Source: an uncultured Gammaproteobacteria bacterium (GTDB taxonomy: Bacteria > Patescibacteriota > Microgenomatia > Daviesbacterales > UBA10151). Taken from it: 64,000 bases of DNA. The notes under the pieces are model-generated. The model was not told the origin of the DNA and searched no databases. It saw only the letters and a program-made list of their open reading frames with translations. Positions 1 to 9,533 of this stretch are shown here, piece by piece. Each line of letters starts with the position of its first letter. The stretch's first letter is position 1. The position numbers and the translations under genes are program-made. The stretch is from positions 28,976 through 92,975 of the forward strand of contig CAZFYQ010000003.1 in the NCBI GenBank assembly GCA_964523905.1, given 5' to 3'.

Positions 1-31
1 AAAGGAAATAATTGACTGAACTCAGCAGTAA

Positions 32-1198
32 TCATAGAGTTGCTTGTGGTAACTCAACCTGGAGACTTGTGCCTTTGTTTATTTTAGATTTTATTTTTAC
101 ATCGCCGTGGTGGTTAGCAATAATATATTTTACTAAAGCTAGTCCTAGGCCCATTCCTTCTACCTGGTGTTCACCCCTGTAATAGGTTTCAAAGATTTGC
201 TCTAGATCCTTTTTAGGAATTCCGTGACCTTCATCTCTAACTTCGATAATTAGATTTTTACCTTTTTTGGTTAAGCTGATGGTAATGGGTTGTTCAGGAG
301 AAGAAAATTTAGCAGCGTTATCCAATAAATTTGTTAATACTTGTAATAACTTATCATAATCCCCAATAATAATATCTTTACCCTCCTCCACCTTATCATG
401 CAAAATGATTTTTCTATCAGGATGAGTAAATTTCGCAATGGATAAAGCTCTGTGAATAATTTGTTTTAGATGACATTCTCTCCATTTATAATCAAATTGC
501 CCACTTTTGATCCGGTTTACTTCTAGTAGTTCACTGACTAACTGTGTTAGACGGCTAGTCTCCCACATTAATTCTTCCACCCATCTTGACTCTGAAGTAT
601 TTCTCCCATAAAGCCGGGTATAAAGCAGCTGAATATAACCGTTTATAGTGGTTAAAGGGGTTCTTAGCTCATGCGCTGCCATAGAAATAAATAAGTCTCT
701 TGTTTCCAATGCCTTTTGGGTCTCGTTATTAAGTTGAGCTTTACGGATAGCCAAGCTGGCCATTGTGCTATATAGTTTAAAAGTATCTAATTCTTTTTCA
801 GTAATATTAGCCTTCTTAAATGAGTGAATAGATAAAACCCCGATGGATTTATTTTTATAAGATAAAGGAAGGCTAATTAGGGACTTTACTCCCACTTTTC
901 TAAATTCTGGCTGGATTCTATTTATTATTGATGGTTTATTGATGATGATTGCTTTTCTTGTTTTAAATGTTGTATAGGTAATTCCTTTTTTTCTGATCTG
1001 TATTTTATATAAATTCTCATAGCTACTATATACTCGCGTTAATAGTCCTGTAGAAGGATCTGGTAAGAAAATGGAACCCCGCTGGGCATCCATTAACTTA
1101 AGGGCTTCGTGAACTATAACAGGATAAGTTTCCTCCAGAGTTAACGGGGTGAGGAATTTAATAGCGGCCTTGTTAATCTTTTCAAGAATATTATTCAT
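32..1198 (-). CDS. Cytoplasmic sensor histidine kinase (GAF-like N-terminus, HisKA, HATPase_c)
   Basis: H-box SMAAHELRTPLTTINGYIQLL, N-box LTNLLDNAAKFS, G2-box GMGLGLALVKYII. No TM segment. No response regulator gene is adjacent. Confidence 0.8.
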   Translation of the reverse strand: MNNILEKINKAAIKFLTPLTLEETYPVIVHEALKLMDAQRGSIFLPDPSTGLLTRVYSSYENLYKIQIRKKGITYTTFKTRKAIIINKPSIINRIQPEFRKVGVKSLISLPLSYKNKSIGVLSIHSFKKANITEKELDTFKLYSTMASLAIRKAQLNNETQKALETRDLFISMAAHELRTPLTTINGYIQLLYTRLYGRNTSESRWVEELMWETSRLTQLVSELLEVNRIKSGQFDYKWRECHLKQIIHRALSIAKFTHPDRKIILHDKVEEGKDIIIGDYDKLLQVLTNLLDNAAKFSSPEQPITISLTKKGKNLIIEVRDEGHGIPKKDLEQIFETYYRGEHQVEGMGLGLALVKYIIANHHGDVKIKSKINKGTSLQVELPQATL

Positions 1199-1583
1199 GA
1201 GCAGACAAGTTGAATTTTACTAGATTATTACAAAAATTCAAGTTTTCCACTACGTGGAGGAGGCTTTTACTACAATTTTCTTACAGAAAAGATTATTTAT
1301 GTGGCTACTTTGAGCTTACCATTTGTAGAGGCGGCGCTCATTTTAACCAGGTTTTGCAAAATACTGGACACCGAAGACATCTCGACATCCAGTTCCTTTA
1401 AGACATCCATTTCTTTTTTGTATTTTAATTTTCTGGTCAGAAGTTCAAGTGTCATAGTCTAAAGACAAGGTGCTTTAAATAACTCGTAAATGAAATTTCC
1501 TTTAAATACTTTTTTCATATGAGCTAATATTACTGCGCAATATTAAGAAAAAAATAAAAATATTGTAAAGATTTGGTTAGAAA

Positions 1584-2531
1584 CTACTGAAGAGAGGCAA
1601 TTAATTTATTAAGCCCCTCTTCCAGCTCTATCTTGGGTTCCCAGCCTAGTTGGGTTTTGGCTTTGGTAATATCAGGACATCTTTGCATTGGATCATCCTG
1701 GGGTAAATCATGATATTCCAGCTGAGAAGATGAGTTAGTTAAAGCCTTAACCTTTTCTGCCAGTTCTAAGACCGTAAATTCATTAGGATTACCAATGTTA
1801 TATACCTCATCCTTTGACCCTTTTTCCATAGCAGCAATAATGCCATCAACCAAATCTGACACATAACAAAATGACCGGGTCTGGGTGCCTTTGCCAAAAA
1901 TAGGCAGCGGCTGATTTTTTAAAGCAGCTTGAACAAAAGTAATTACTACCCGGCCATCATCTAAGGCCATTTTAGGTCCGTAAGTGTTGAAAATACGGAT
2001 AATCCGGCCATCCAGACCTTTTGACCTAACATAGGCAGAAATAATGGTTTCCCCAAACCGCTTAGCTTCATCATAAACTGCTCTGGGACCAGTGGTAGAA
2101 ACATTACCGCGGTAAGATTCTTTTTGAGGATGCTCTTTGGGATCCCCATAAACCTCAGAGGTGGAGGCAAACAGTAATTTAGCTCCTGTTTTAACAGCCA
2201 ATTCTGCTAAATTCCAAGTTCCATCAGTATTAACCCTCATAGTCTCAAAAGCCAAGGCATGGTAACTCTTAGGACTATTTTCATTAGGAGAAGCTGGAGA
2301 TGCCAGATGATAAATCTGATCCACCTTGTCATCCCGGACTTGATCCGGAATCCATTTGGATATATCTTCATTTATAAATTTAAAGTTTGGATTGGATTTA
2401 AATTCTTCAATATTTTCCTCAGAGCCGGTTAACAGATTATCAATACAAATTACTTCATTGCCCTGTTCCAATAATTTTCCGCATAGATGTGATCCCAAAA
2501 ACCCCGCCCCGCCAGTAACAATAATTTTCAT
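1584..2531 (-). CDS. NAD-dependent epimerase/dehydratase (UDP-glucuronate decarboxylase / dTDP-glucose dehydratase-like SDR)
   Basis: N-terminal Rossmann motif MKIIVTGGAGFLGSHL, a YxxxK active-site segment, and UXS-like length of 315 aa. Confidence 0.75.
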   Translation of the reverse strand: MKIIVTGGAGFLGSHLCGKLLEQGNEVICIDNLLTGSEENIEEFKSNPNFKFINEDISKWIPDQVRDDKVDQIYHLASPASPNENSPKSYHALAFETMRVNTDGTWNLAELAVKTGAKLLFASTSEVYGDPKEHPQKESYRGNVSTTGPRAVYDEAKRFGETIISAYVRSKGLDGRIIRIFNTYGPKMALDDGRVVITFVQAALKNQPLPIFGKGTQTRSFCYVSDLVDGIIAAMEKGSKDEVYNIGNPNEFTVLELAEKVKALTNSSSQLEYHDLPQDDPMQRCPDITKAKTQLGWEPKIELEEGLNKLIASLQ

Positions 2532-2647
2532 AAATTTAAGAGGGTCTACCTTTTCTTTCGTAACATGGTAGGCAAAGCCAGTAGCACTAATACTAGAGCA
2601 AAAATGGCCAATATTAAATATACAAGTAAGGTATTATCCAAATAAAG

Positions 2648-2839
2648 TCACCTCCTTAACCAAAGACTGATATACCAAAATACAATTATACTAACAGTTC
2701 CGAGTACTATTTTAATAGAATCAAATCTATCAAATACAGCAGGTAATACTAGGGATGCTACTGATACTAAGGCTAAATCAGATGCTATATCAGATAATTT
2801 TTCCAGCTGTCTCTGATTCAATACTGGTATAGTGGGCAT
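2648..2839 (-). CDS. Small hydrophobic hypothetical protein (63 aa)
   Basis: ORF fits tightly between dinB and the epimerase gene on the same strand and has two predicted TM helices. A further 21-codon hydrophobic ORF lies at ~2546-2611 (-). Confidence 0.3.
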   Translation of the reverse strand: MPTIPVLNQRQLEKLSDIASDLALVSVASLVLPAVFDRFDSIKIVLGTVSIIVFWYISLWLRR

Positions 2840-2844
2840 CAGTT

Positions 2845-4119
2845 TTATTTTACCATAAATCTTCTGTCAGCTAAAAAGGAATTGGCTTTGCGGTAGATTT
2901 TGCCGGAACCTAACAAAATTCCTCTTTGTAGGGTAAATTCGCCGTATCTGTTATTAATTTTATCAATGGCTCTGATGATGGTTTCCTGCCGATTAGTTTC
3001 TGGAAGCAGACTTAAATTTTGCGGAGTTTGTGGTTTTAGATTGGCAATTGAGGCTCCAATCATTCGGATGGGACTACCATTCCAGATTTGATGAAAAATT
3101 TGCCAGGCGGCTTGAAAAATTTCCAGCCCATCACTGGTAACCGGGATACTAATCTGCATTCCATCACCTTCAAAATGCATCTTCAGCTTCCAACCCCCGG
3201 GGTTGATTACGTTCAAACCCCGGGGGTTAAGGGCATAGCGGAACCAGCAAGAAACGGTTTTTCCTACCAATTGTTTGGCCCGCAGTTTCCTGGCAATTAG
3301 CTCTGTTAGCTTAAGCAGAATCTGTTTTATTTCTACTTCATCTTTAGTGTCATGGAAAATAGTATGCCGGTGTCCGACAGATTTAACTTCTTCTTTTTCA
3401 TAAAACGGAGTAATTACTGATTCATCAATTCCTCGGGACATGTTATATAGAATCTGGCCATAAGATTTAAAACCAGCCAACAGGGCTTTTAAAGGTACTG
3501 CTCTTAATTTTTTAAAATCAGTTACACCCAGGTTAAACAGTCTTTGTTTAATGGCTCTGCCAATGCCGCAGATTTCATCCAGTTCTATTTGATCTAAAAT
3601 TTTGATAGCAGCTGACTCATCAGCGATAATTACCAACCCGTCCGGTTTTTTAAGATTGCTGGCCAGTTTAGCCATTAATTTATTGTAAGAAATTCCAATA
3701 GACACCCTCATCCATTCCCCAATTTCTGTCCTGATTCTTTGTTTAATCTCCTGGGCCATTACTACTGCCTGTAGCCTGGTGCCTGTGGCCTGTAAGAAGA
3801 CTTCATCAATCGAAAAAATTTCTATAGCCGGGCTGTAGTCTTTTAAAATATTTAAAAAACGCTTGGTTACTTCTAAATATTTATCCGAATCTCCACGTAC
3901 TAAGATAATATTTGGACAAAGTTTTTGAGCTTCCCAAATAGCCATACCGGTTTTAACTCCATATTGTTTGGCTTCAATAGATGCAGCTCCTATTACAGTC
4001 CGTTTCATCCTATCCCCTCCAGTTACTCCAATTGGTTTACCACGCAGTCTGGGATTAGCCTGCTGTTCAACTGTCGCAAAATAGGAATTGAAGTCAATAT
4101 GCATAATAAATTTATTCAT
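2845..4119 (-). CDS. dinB: DNA polymerase IV, Y-family translesion polymerase
   Basis: N-terminus MHIDFNSYFATVEQ and the SIDEVFLD catalytic motif. Y-family palm/fingers/little-finger architecture, 424 aa. Confidence 0.85.
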   Translation of the reverse strand: MNKFIMHIDFNSYFATVEQQANPRLRGKPIGVTGGDRMKRTVIGAASIEAKQYGVKTGMAIWEAQKLCPNIILVRGDSDKYLEVTKRFLNILKDYSPAIEIFSIDEVFLQATGTRLQAVVMAQEIKQRIRTEIGEWMRVSIGISYNKLMAKLASNLKKPDGLVIIADESAAIKILDQIELDEICGIGRAIKQRLFNLGVTDFKKLRAVPLKALLAGFKSYGQILYNMSRGIDESVITPFYEKEEVKSVGHRHTIFHDTKDEVEIKQILLKLTELIARKLRAKQLVGKTVSCWFRYALNPRGLNVINPGGWKLKMHFEGDGMQISIPVTSDGLEIFQAAWQIFHQIWNGSPIRMIGASIANLKPQTPQNLSLLPETNRQETIIRAIDKINNRYGEFTLQRGILLGSGKIYRKANSFLADRRFMVK

Positions 4120-4256
4120 AGGTATAATTCCTGCGATTTGCTACGCAAATCTAAAGAGTTAAAATCTATATGTAAAATGGTTTTATTCATAGGTATAATT
4201 CCTGCGCCTGGCTACGCCAGTCTTAGTCATTAAAATCAATATGTAAAATAGTTCTT
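4115..4256. repeat. 71-bp tandem direct repeat, two full units at 4115-4185 and 4186-4256
   Basis: Each unit holds the identical 21 nt ttcataggtataattcctgcg (contains TATAAT), then a hairpin with compensatory changes (gatttgc-tac-gcaaatc versus ctggc-tac-gccag), then ttaaaatcNatatgtaaaat. A diverged third copy overlaps the dinB start and first codons. Confidence 0.6.
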
Positions 4257-4307
4257 GACAGCATAATTTATTTAAGTTAACTTTTAACTAATGGCTAGAG
4301 AATATGA

Positions 4308-4535
4308 ATGGCTAGAGAATATGAACCCCCTGCAATTAGAGGTGCAGATATTTTATCTAATCTGACGTTTACTCCAGATCTCTCTCCTATGGATAGGATG
4401 GTTGAAGCTAATAAAGCTTTTGATAGATTAGGCATATCAGTGCCTTCTAATCAACCAGATCTTCCTCAACAGCCTGGAGAAACCACCTTAACCGCTCCAG
4501 GTCCAGAGTCAGTTGGTAATAATTTGCCCCACTAG
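4308..4535 (+). CDS. Hypothetical small protein (75 aa)
   Basis: ORF lies downstream of the repeat-borne TATAAT boxes. A 17-nt tandem duplication (aatggctagagaatatg x2) overlaps its start. No recognisable domain. Confidence 0.3.
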   Translation: MAREYEPPAIRGADILSNLTFTPDLSPMDRMVEANKAFDRLGISVPSNQPDLPQQPGETTLTAPGPESVGNNLPH

Positions 4536-4642
4536 AAACTGAGAAATGGTAAAATAACTTACTTCCTTGTTTAGAGGTGTGCACCAGGTTAATTTTATCT
4601 ATTTTAATTTGTCTGCCTCTCCACAGGAAAAACCGAGGTTGT

Positions 4643-6388
4643 ATGGAATTATTCTGGAAAAAAACACCGACATTAATAGCTTCATTAATTTCTGTCATCC
4701 TACTCTTTATATACCCCAACATAACCCAAAGTCAACAAGTATTTGCTACTTATAATCCTCTATCCGTTCCTAATAATAAATTTGGTATTCATTTAATTTC
4801 CGCCACTCGTGATGAGGCTTCCCCGGCTGCTTCACTGGTAAATTCTACAGGTGGTGACTGGGGCTATGTGACGGTTTTAATAGAGGGTAAAGATAAAAAT
4901 CAGGGTAAATGGCAGGAATTTTTTAATGAACTGCGAAGAAGGCATTTAATCCCCATTGTCAGACTGGCTTCTATTCCGGATGGCAATGTCTGGAAAATTC
5001 CGGACCCGGGAGAGGCTCAAAACTGGGCTGACTTTTTGGATTCTTTAATTTGGCCCACTAAAAACAGATATATCATTATTTATAATGAGCCGAATCAGGC
5101 CCATGAATGGGGCGGAGCTGTTGACGCTGCGGCCTATGCCAAAACTCTGGATGCTACTATTACTGCTTTAAAAACCAAAAATCCGGATTTTTTTGTATTA
5201 AATGCCGGCTTGGATGCATCAGCTCCGCAGCAAATGCCAAGCTATCAAGATGAAGTTGCTTATTTACAGGCTATGAATACTGCGGTTCCGGGAATTTTTG
5301 ATAAATTAGATGGTTGGGTATCCCATTCATATCCTAATCCCGGATTTGTGGGCTCTCCGGATGGCATAGGACGCGGTACAGTTCGTACCTGGCTTTGGGA
5401 GCTGCAACAGTTGCGGATTCTAGGCATTACTAAGAATCTACCGGTTTTCATTACAGAAACCGGCTGGAAACATGCGGAAGGGATGATTTATGATTTCTCT
5501 TTGCCGGATGCAGATACAGTAAGTAAATATTACGAGCAGGCTTTTGCAAGAGCCTGGAGTTCCAGTAATATTGTGACAGTTACTCCGTTTTTATTAAGTT
5601 ATCAGGAAAAGCTGTTTGATCACTTCTCGTTTAAAAGACTGGATGGAGTAAGTTCTGATCCGGGATATTATCCTCAGTTTGATGCGATTGCAAAAATGAG
5701 TAAAGTGGCTGGAAAACCAATACAGGAAAATAAAGCTAAGTTAAATAAGGGAGAAGTTTATTCCTCAATTGTAGCTGGTGAAACCTATGATATTTCTTTA
5801 ACCTTCCAAAATACCGGTCAATCAATTTGGGGTGATGGAAATTCTATCAATTTAATTGCCGGTGACGGAGCAAAGGAGCTGGGTATTGAATCTGTAGATT
5901 TGCCAAAGGATCAGAGGGTTGAACCAGGGCAGGAATATACCTTTCATTTAACTTTAAAGGCTCCGTTAGGAGGCACTTATCATGTTTCTCTAAACCTTTA
6001 TGATGGAGCCCAGCAGTTTGATAACAGTGCAGTGGAATTTACCACTGAGGTTAAGTCTCCGGTGATTGTGCGTATTCAAAACTTGTTAAAATGGAAAAAA
6101 GATTCCAGTGGTATTTATACCTTGACTGTTAAAGGTCCAACAGGAGAAAGTACCAGAAATATTACCTTAGATAAAAATGGTACTTCCCAGGACTTTGAAA
6201 TCCGCTATCTGCTTCCGGATTATAACTTTGAATTTACCCTGGATAAACCATACTATCATCCAAAAATCGTAAATCAAAAACTAACTACCGGAGTTAACAC
6301 CTTAAACTTTGGCATCATGGACCCGGAGCTGCTGATAACCATCGGTGATCCCAAAAAACTTTGGCAACTACTCCCCTTTTCAAACTGA
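4643..6388 (+). CDS. Membrane-anchored clan GH-A (GH5-like) glycoside hydrolase with C-terminal beta-sandwich domains
   Basis: IYNEPN fits an acid/base Glu motif and FITETGW fits a nucleophile Glu motif. The N-terminal hydrophobic anchor starts at the second Met (4643); the six-frame ORF starts at 4577. Confidence 0.55.
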   Translation: MELFWKKTPTLIASLISVILLFIYPNITQSQQVFATYNPLSVPNNKFGIHLISATRDEASPAASLVNSTGGDWGYVTVLIEGKDKNQGKWQEFFNELRRRHLIPIVRLASIPDGNVWKIPDPGEAQNWADFLDSLIWPTKNRYIIIYNEPNQAHEWGGAVDAAAYAKTLDATITALKTKNPDFFVLNAGLDASAPQQMPSYQDEVAYLQAMNTAVPGIFDKLDGWVSHSYPNPGFVGSPDGIGRGTVRTWLWELQQLRILGITKNLPVFITETGWKHAEGMIYDFSLPDADTVSKYYEQAFARAWSSSNIVTVTPFLLSYQEKLFDHFSFKRLDGVSSDPGYYPQFDAIAKMSKVAGKPIQENKAKLNKGEVYSSIVAGETYDISLTFQNTGQSIWGDGNSINLIAGDGAKELGIESVDLPKDQRVEPGQEYTFHLTLKAPLGGTYHVSLNLYDGAQQFDNSAVEFTTEVKSPVIVRIQNLLKWKKDSSGIYTLTVKGPTGESTRNITLDKNGTSQDFEIRYLLPDYNFEFTLDKPYYHPKIVNQKLTTGVNTLNFGIMDPELLITIGDPKKLWQLLPFSN

Positions 6389-6524
6389 CCTATTTTGACT
6401 GCTTTTGTCCCAGTTGACGGAATGTATTATTGGATGTATATTGATTAGACCTGTTAAAAACTTTAATCGTAAGAAAGAAGTTTACATTGGCCTTAAAAAC
6501 CAATACTTGACAGGTTCTCTAAAC

Positions 6525-6546
6525 AAGTCCCGCAAGGGACTTTTTT
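6525..6546 (+). terminator. Intrinsic terminator after the GH5-like gene
   Basis: Hairpin aagtccc-gcaa-gggactt (7 bp stem) followed by tttttt. Confidence 0.55.
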
Positions 6547-6559
6547 AGTGGTTTAAATG

Positions 6560-6568
6560 TGGTAAAAT
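6560..6568 (+). promoter_or_regulatory. Extended -10 promoter (TGgTAAAAT) for tRNA-His
   Basis: TGgTAAAAT lies 20 nt upstream of the tRNA 5' end. The -35 element is weak. Confidence 0.4.
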
Positions 6569-6588
6569 ATCTACTTGGTTAACGAAAC

Positions 6589-6661
6589 GGTGGCTGTAGC
6601 TCAGCGGCAGAGCGTCTGTTTGTGGAACAGAAAGTGGGGGGTTCAACTCCCCTCAGCCACC
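6589..6661 (+). tRNA. tRNA-His (anticodon GTG)
   Basis: Cloverleaf: acceptor gtggctg/cagccac, anticodon loop ttGTGga, and T-loop ttcaact. A His-specific G-1 is present and the discriminator is C. CCA is not fully encoded. Confidence 0.85.
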
Positions 6662-6681
6662 CAGCTTTTCGGTTCTACTTC

Positions 6682-7155
6682 CTATTCAGCCTCTGGATCT
6701 TGTGGAAAATCAATAAGATTACTTTCTATTTCAGTTTCTATTAAAAATAAGACCTTATCTTTATCAGTGGATTTTGACTCCGAAACCTTGCAGGCTAATT
6801 CATATAGGTCTACCGGATCTATATTTACCCACTTTTTATTTAAACCCAAATGAGTTAGTAAGCCCATTACTCCTATTCTTTTATTACCATTTTGGAATGG
6901 GTGATTCTTAATTAGTGAATAAAATAATATTGCTGCCTGTTTTGTTAAAGAAGGATATAATAATTTTCCGCCAAACATTTGTTGAGGGTTTGCTAATGCT
7001 GATTCTAAAAGACCTTGATCTTTTTCAGTATAATCAGGTATTGGTTCCTTATAACTCATTAACTCACGAGCTAAATCAAAACAGAGAAATTCAAAATCGT
7101 CGATCTTGAGAAATTTAAAATTATGTACTTGCAAGCCTTCGGAAAGTTTCGGCAT
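6682..7155 (-). CDS. Fic/Doc family protein (Doc-type toxin)
   Basis: Motif HPFQNGNKRIG matches the Fic/Doc core HxFx(D/N)GNKR. 157 aa. Confidence 0.75.
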   Translation of the reverse strand: MPKLSEGLQVHNFKFLKIDDFEFLCFDLARELMSYKEPIPDYTEKDQGLLESALANPQQMFGGKLLYPSLTKQAAILFYSLIKNHPFQNGNKRIGVMGLLTHLGLNKKWVNIDPVDLYELACKVSESKSTDKDKVLFLIETEIESNLIDFPQDPEAE

Positions 7156-7249
7156 ATTGTTTTACGCCTTTTGTTACGGACTTCTTTATAAGTCTGGCTT
7201 TATCTGGATTATTTCTTATGTATTTCTTCATTAAATCTTTATTTTTCAT
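7121..7249 (-). CDS. 43-codon basic ORF overlapping the Fic/Doc start (putative antitoxin)
   Basis: MKNKDLMKKYIRNNPDKARLIKKSVTKGVKQYAETFRRLAST. The ORF overlaps the Doc start by ~35 nt, the usual Phd/Doc layout. It is below the ORF-track length cutoff. Confidence 0.3.
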   Translation of the reverse strand: MKNKDLMKKYIRNNPDKARLIKKSVTKGVKQYAETFRRLAST

Positions 7250-7350
7250 AAATTTATAATATCACAGAATTGTAAGAAAAGACTGAGAATTTTACTACCT
7301 CAATATAATCTAGAATAGTATATAGCAACTGCGAGTCCAAATGAAATGTA

Positions 7351-7758
7351 TTAACAAGGAGTTTTAACTGCTTTTGATTTAGTAACTGTTCGGTGATCCG
7401 GATAAGGGAAGTATAATTTTAGGTCCAAGGTTTTACATCCGGGCAAATTATAAAAGTCGGTAATTATTTCTGTTGAACCATCGCCACCAACATATGCAGC
7501 ATTGTAAGGCTCCTGGTAAACTGTTCTTCCATTAACAAGTGCAATCCTGGCAGATGGTGTAAAGTTAGCACCGTCCACAATTACTGTGGTAATTCCTCCA
7601 CAACTAGGTGAAGAACAAGGTGGCACATAAACTGAGGTAATAGCTGGTCTTAACCTCTGTGGGGCTACGGCTTTAGCTGTAGATATGGCAATGTTAGAAC
7701 TGGCAACTGTAAGTCCTAAAAGAAACAAAACTAAAAACAAAAATTTCTTTATTCTCAT
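7351..7758 (-). CDS. Secreted Cys-containing hypothetical protein
   Basis: Clear signal peptide MRIKKFLFLVLFLLGLTVASS. No known domain. Confidence 0.5.
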   Translation of the reverse strand: MRIKKFLFLVLFLLGLTVASSNIAISTAKAVAPQRLRPAITSVYVPPCSSPSCGGITTVIVDGANFTPSARIALVNGRTVYQEPYNAAYVGGDGSTEIITDFYNLPGCKTLDLKLYFPYPDHRTVTKSKAVKTPC

Positions 7759-7814
7759 ATTAAGAAAGGAGTTTACTACTAAATTCCGCAGTTGTCAACT
7801 ATAGGTTAGATACT

Positions 7815-8657
7815 TCAATTCTCCCTGGTTAGTCTGAACAAAGTTAACACTGATACAAATATCATGGTATAGATACTGGTTATTACTGCGGTTTCACGGA
7901 CTGCATGAATATTCCACTGATATCCAGTTGCATCCGCGATCATCCCCCCTTTATCTAAAATCAAGTTAATAAAAAAACTTAGCCCAATGGTTAAGTATAA
8001 AATAGTGGACTGATACCAGTAGCTTTTTGATAGGGTAACTTCTCTGACTGGGTGATATTTTTGCAGATAGATGGCAAAAATCTGGAAAAATAAATAAACT
8101 GTAAAAAACCAACCCAAATAATTGCTTAAAGGTACTCCAAAAAATCCTCCACCGCTGTGCCAAATCCAAAGATGATTTATTGTTGAGCTGGTAGGATCCA
8201 TTACCAAATCCCACATCACCATAATAAATGAGGCTATAATGGGCAAAGCTATAACCTTAGGTGAGTTTAAATGCAGGTCAGCTTTTTCCAAAAGCACATT
8301 GCCAATGGTCCAGGACAAATACCCCGTAGAAAAATAAGCCGGCCCAATCAGTAAGGGTACTGCAAATAATTTAGGGCCTAATAGACCTGTGTAATGATAA
8401 AACCCAAAAGGAAAGCCGGTTTGAATACTTAAATTTTCCAATATATTACTAATTACTAAACAAAATCCAATAAAGATCACCATTCCACGAATTCCGTACC
8501 GCATTATTCCATGAGTAATGGCAAATAAAGAGCCTAAAACAACCACTGCCCCTGCATATACTAAAGGTGGAACGGATAAGAAAGGCAATACTAGATTGAC
8601 AGCTATATAACTAATAAAGAAAATCCACAGCAGCCGATTAGTAAAAGTATTGCTCAT
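7815..8657 (-). CDS. Polytopic integral membrane protein (hypothetical)
   Basis: About 8 hydrophobic helices; no soluble domain. Confidence 0.5.
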   Translation of the reverse strand: MSNTFTNRLLWIFFISYIAVNLVLPFLSVPPLVYAGAVVVLGSLFAITHGIMRYGIRGMVIFIGFCLVISNILENLSIQTGFPFGFYHYTGLLGPKLFAVPLLIGPAYFSTGYLSWTIGNVLLEKADLHLNSPKVIALPIIASFIMVMWDLVMDPTSSTINHLWIWHSGGGFFGVPLSNYLGWFFTVYLFFQIFAIYLQKYHPVREVTLSKSYWYQSTILYLTIGLSFFINLILDKGGMIADATGYQWNIHAVRETAVITSIYTMIFVSVLTLFRLTREN

Positions 8658-8663
8658 AAAATT

Positions 8664-9389
8664 TTAAAGGTTTGCTATACCAAAGAGTTTTCCGACACTG
8701 TAAGTTACTACCATTGCCAATGCTCCGCCAACAACAATCCGGATAGTAGCCCGAACAATATTGGCGCCCCCAATTTTGGCACTTAAAAAACCAGTTAATA
8801 TTAAAGCCACCAAAACTGCGACAAAAGCCACTGGGATTCGTATTGATTCAGGGGGAAGAATAATGGCAATTAACGGGATAACTGCTCCCAAAAGAAATGA
8901 AGCAGCTGAAGCCAGTGCTGCATGGTTGGGATTGGTTAAATTATTGGGATCAATGCCAAGCTCAGCATAGACATGAGCATTATAAGCATCATGAACTGTT
9001 AGTTCCTTGGCAACGACCACTGCTGTTTTTCTGGATAACCCCTTTTTCTGATAAATAGTTGTGAGTTCTTCTAATTCTTGCTCTGGGTGGTCTTGTAATT
9101 CTTGTTTCTCTTTTTTTAAGAGAATTTTTTCAGTATCCCGAGAGCTGCTAACTGAAACATATTCCCCTGCTGCCATAGAAATGGCTCCGGCAATAATGCC
9201 GGCAATACCAGCTGTTAGGATAACGCTGGAAGAAGTGGTGGCTCCGGCTACACCTACTACTAGGCCAGCAATGGATACAATGCCGTCATTGGCTCCTAAA
9301 ACTGAAGCCCTTAGCCAATTTAGCCTTGAAACATGACTGTAAACATGTGGTTCAGGAAAAACTTCTTCGTTATTTTTGGACATATCCAT
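8664..9389 (-). CDS. VIT1/CCC1 family iron/manganese transporter-like membrane protein
   Basis: N-terminal SRLNWLRASVLGANDGIVSIAGLVVG signature, a coiled spacer, and C-terminal TM helices. Confidence 0.7.
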   Translation of the reverse strand: MDMSKNNEEVFPEPHVYSHVSRLNWLRASVLGANDGIVSIAGLVVGVAGATTSSSVILTAGIAGIIAGAISMAAGEYVSVSSSRDTEKILLKKEKQELQDHPEQELEELTTIYQKKGLSRKTAVVVAKELTVHDAYNAHVYAELGIDPNNLTNPNHAALASAASFLLGAVIPLIAIILPPESIRIPVAFVAVLVALILTGFLSAKIGGANIVRATIRIVVGGALAMVVTYSVGKLFGIANL

Positions 9390-9533
9390 TAGTGTATCAT
9401 CTAATTAGGATGGGTATAGTAGCTTTAACATTAACTGAAATATTTGTAAATATTTTGCGGCCATTGATTTAAACTTATTATACACAGATCATAATTGCTA
9501 ATGCATCAAATCTCATGACTATAGGATTGTAAT

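Noticed and set aside
1210-1401. 63-aa plus-strand ORF between the kinase and epimerase genes
   Set aside because: It lies in a short intergenic stretch of low complexity with no supporting motif; probably non-coding.
4115-4256. Possible CRISPR array
   Set aside because: There are only two to three 71-bp units with no unique spacers between them, and no other repeat/spacer architecture in the window. This is not CRISPR.
6575-6853. 92-aa plus-strand ORF
   Set aside because: It is read across the tRNA-His gene and antisense to the Fic/Doc gene. It has no coding signal and is spurious.
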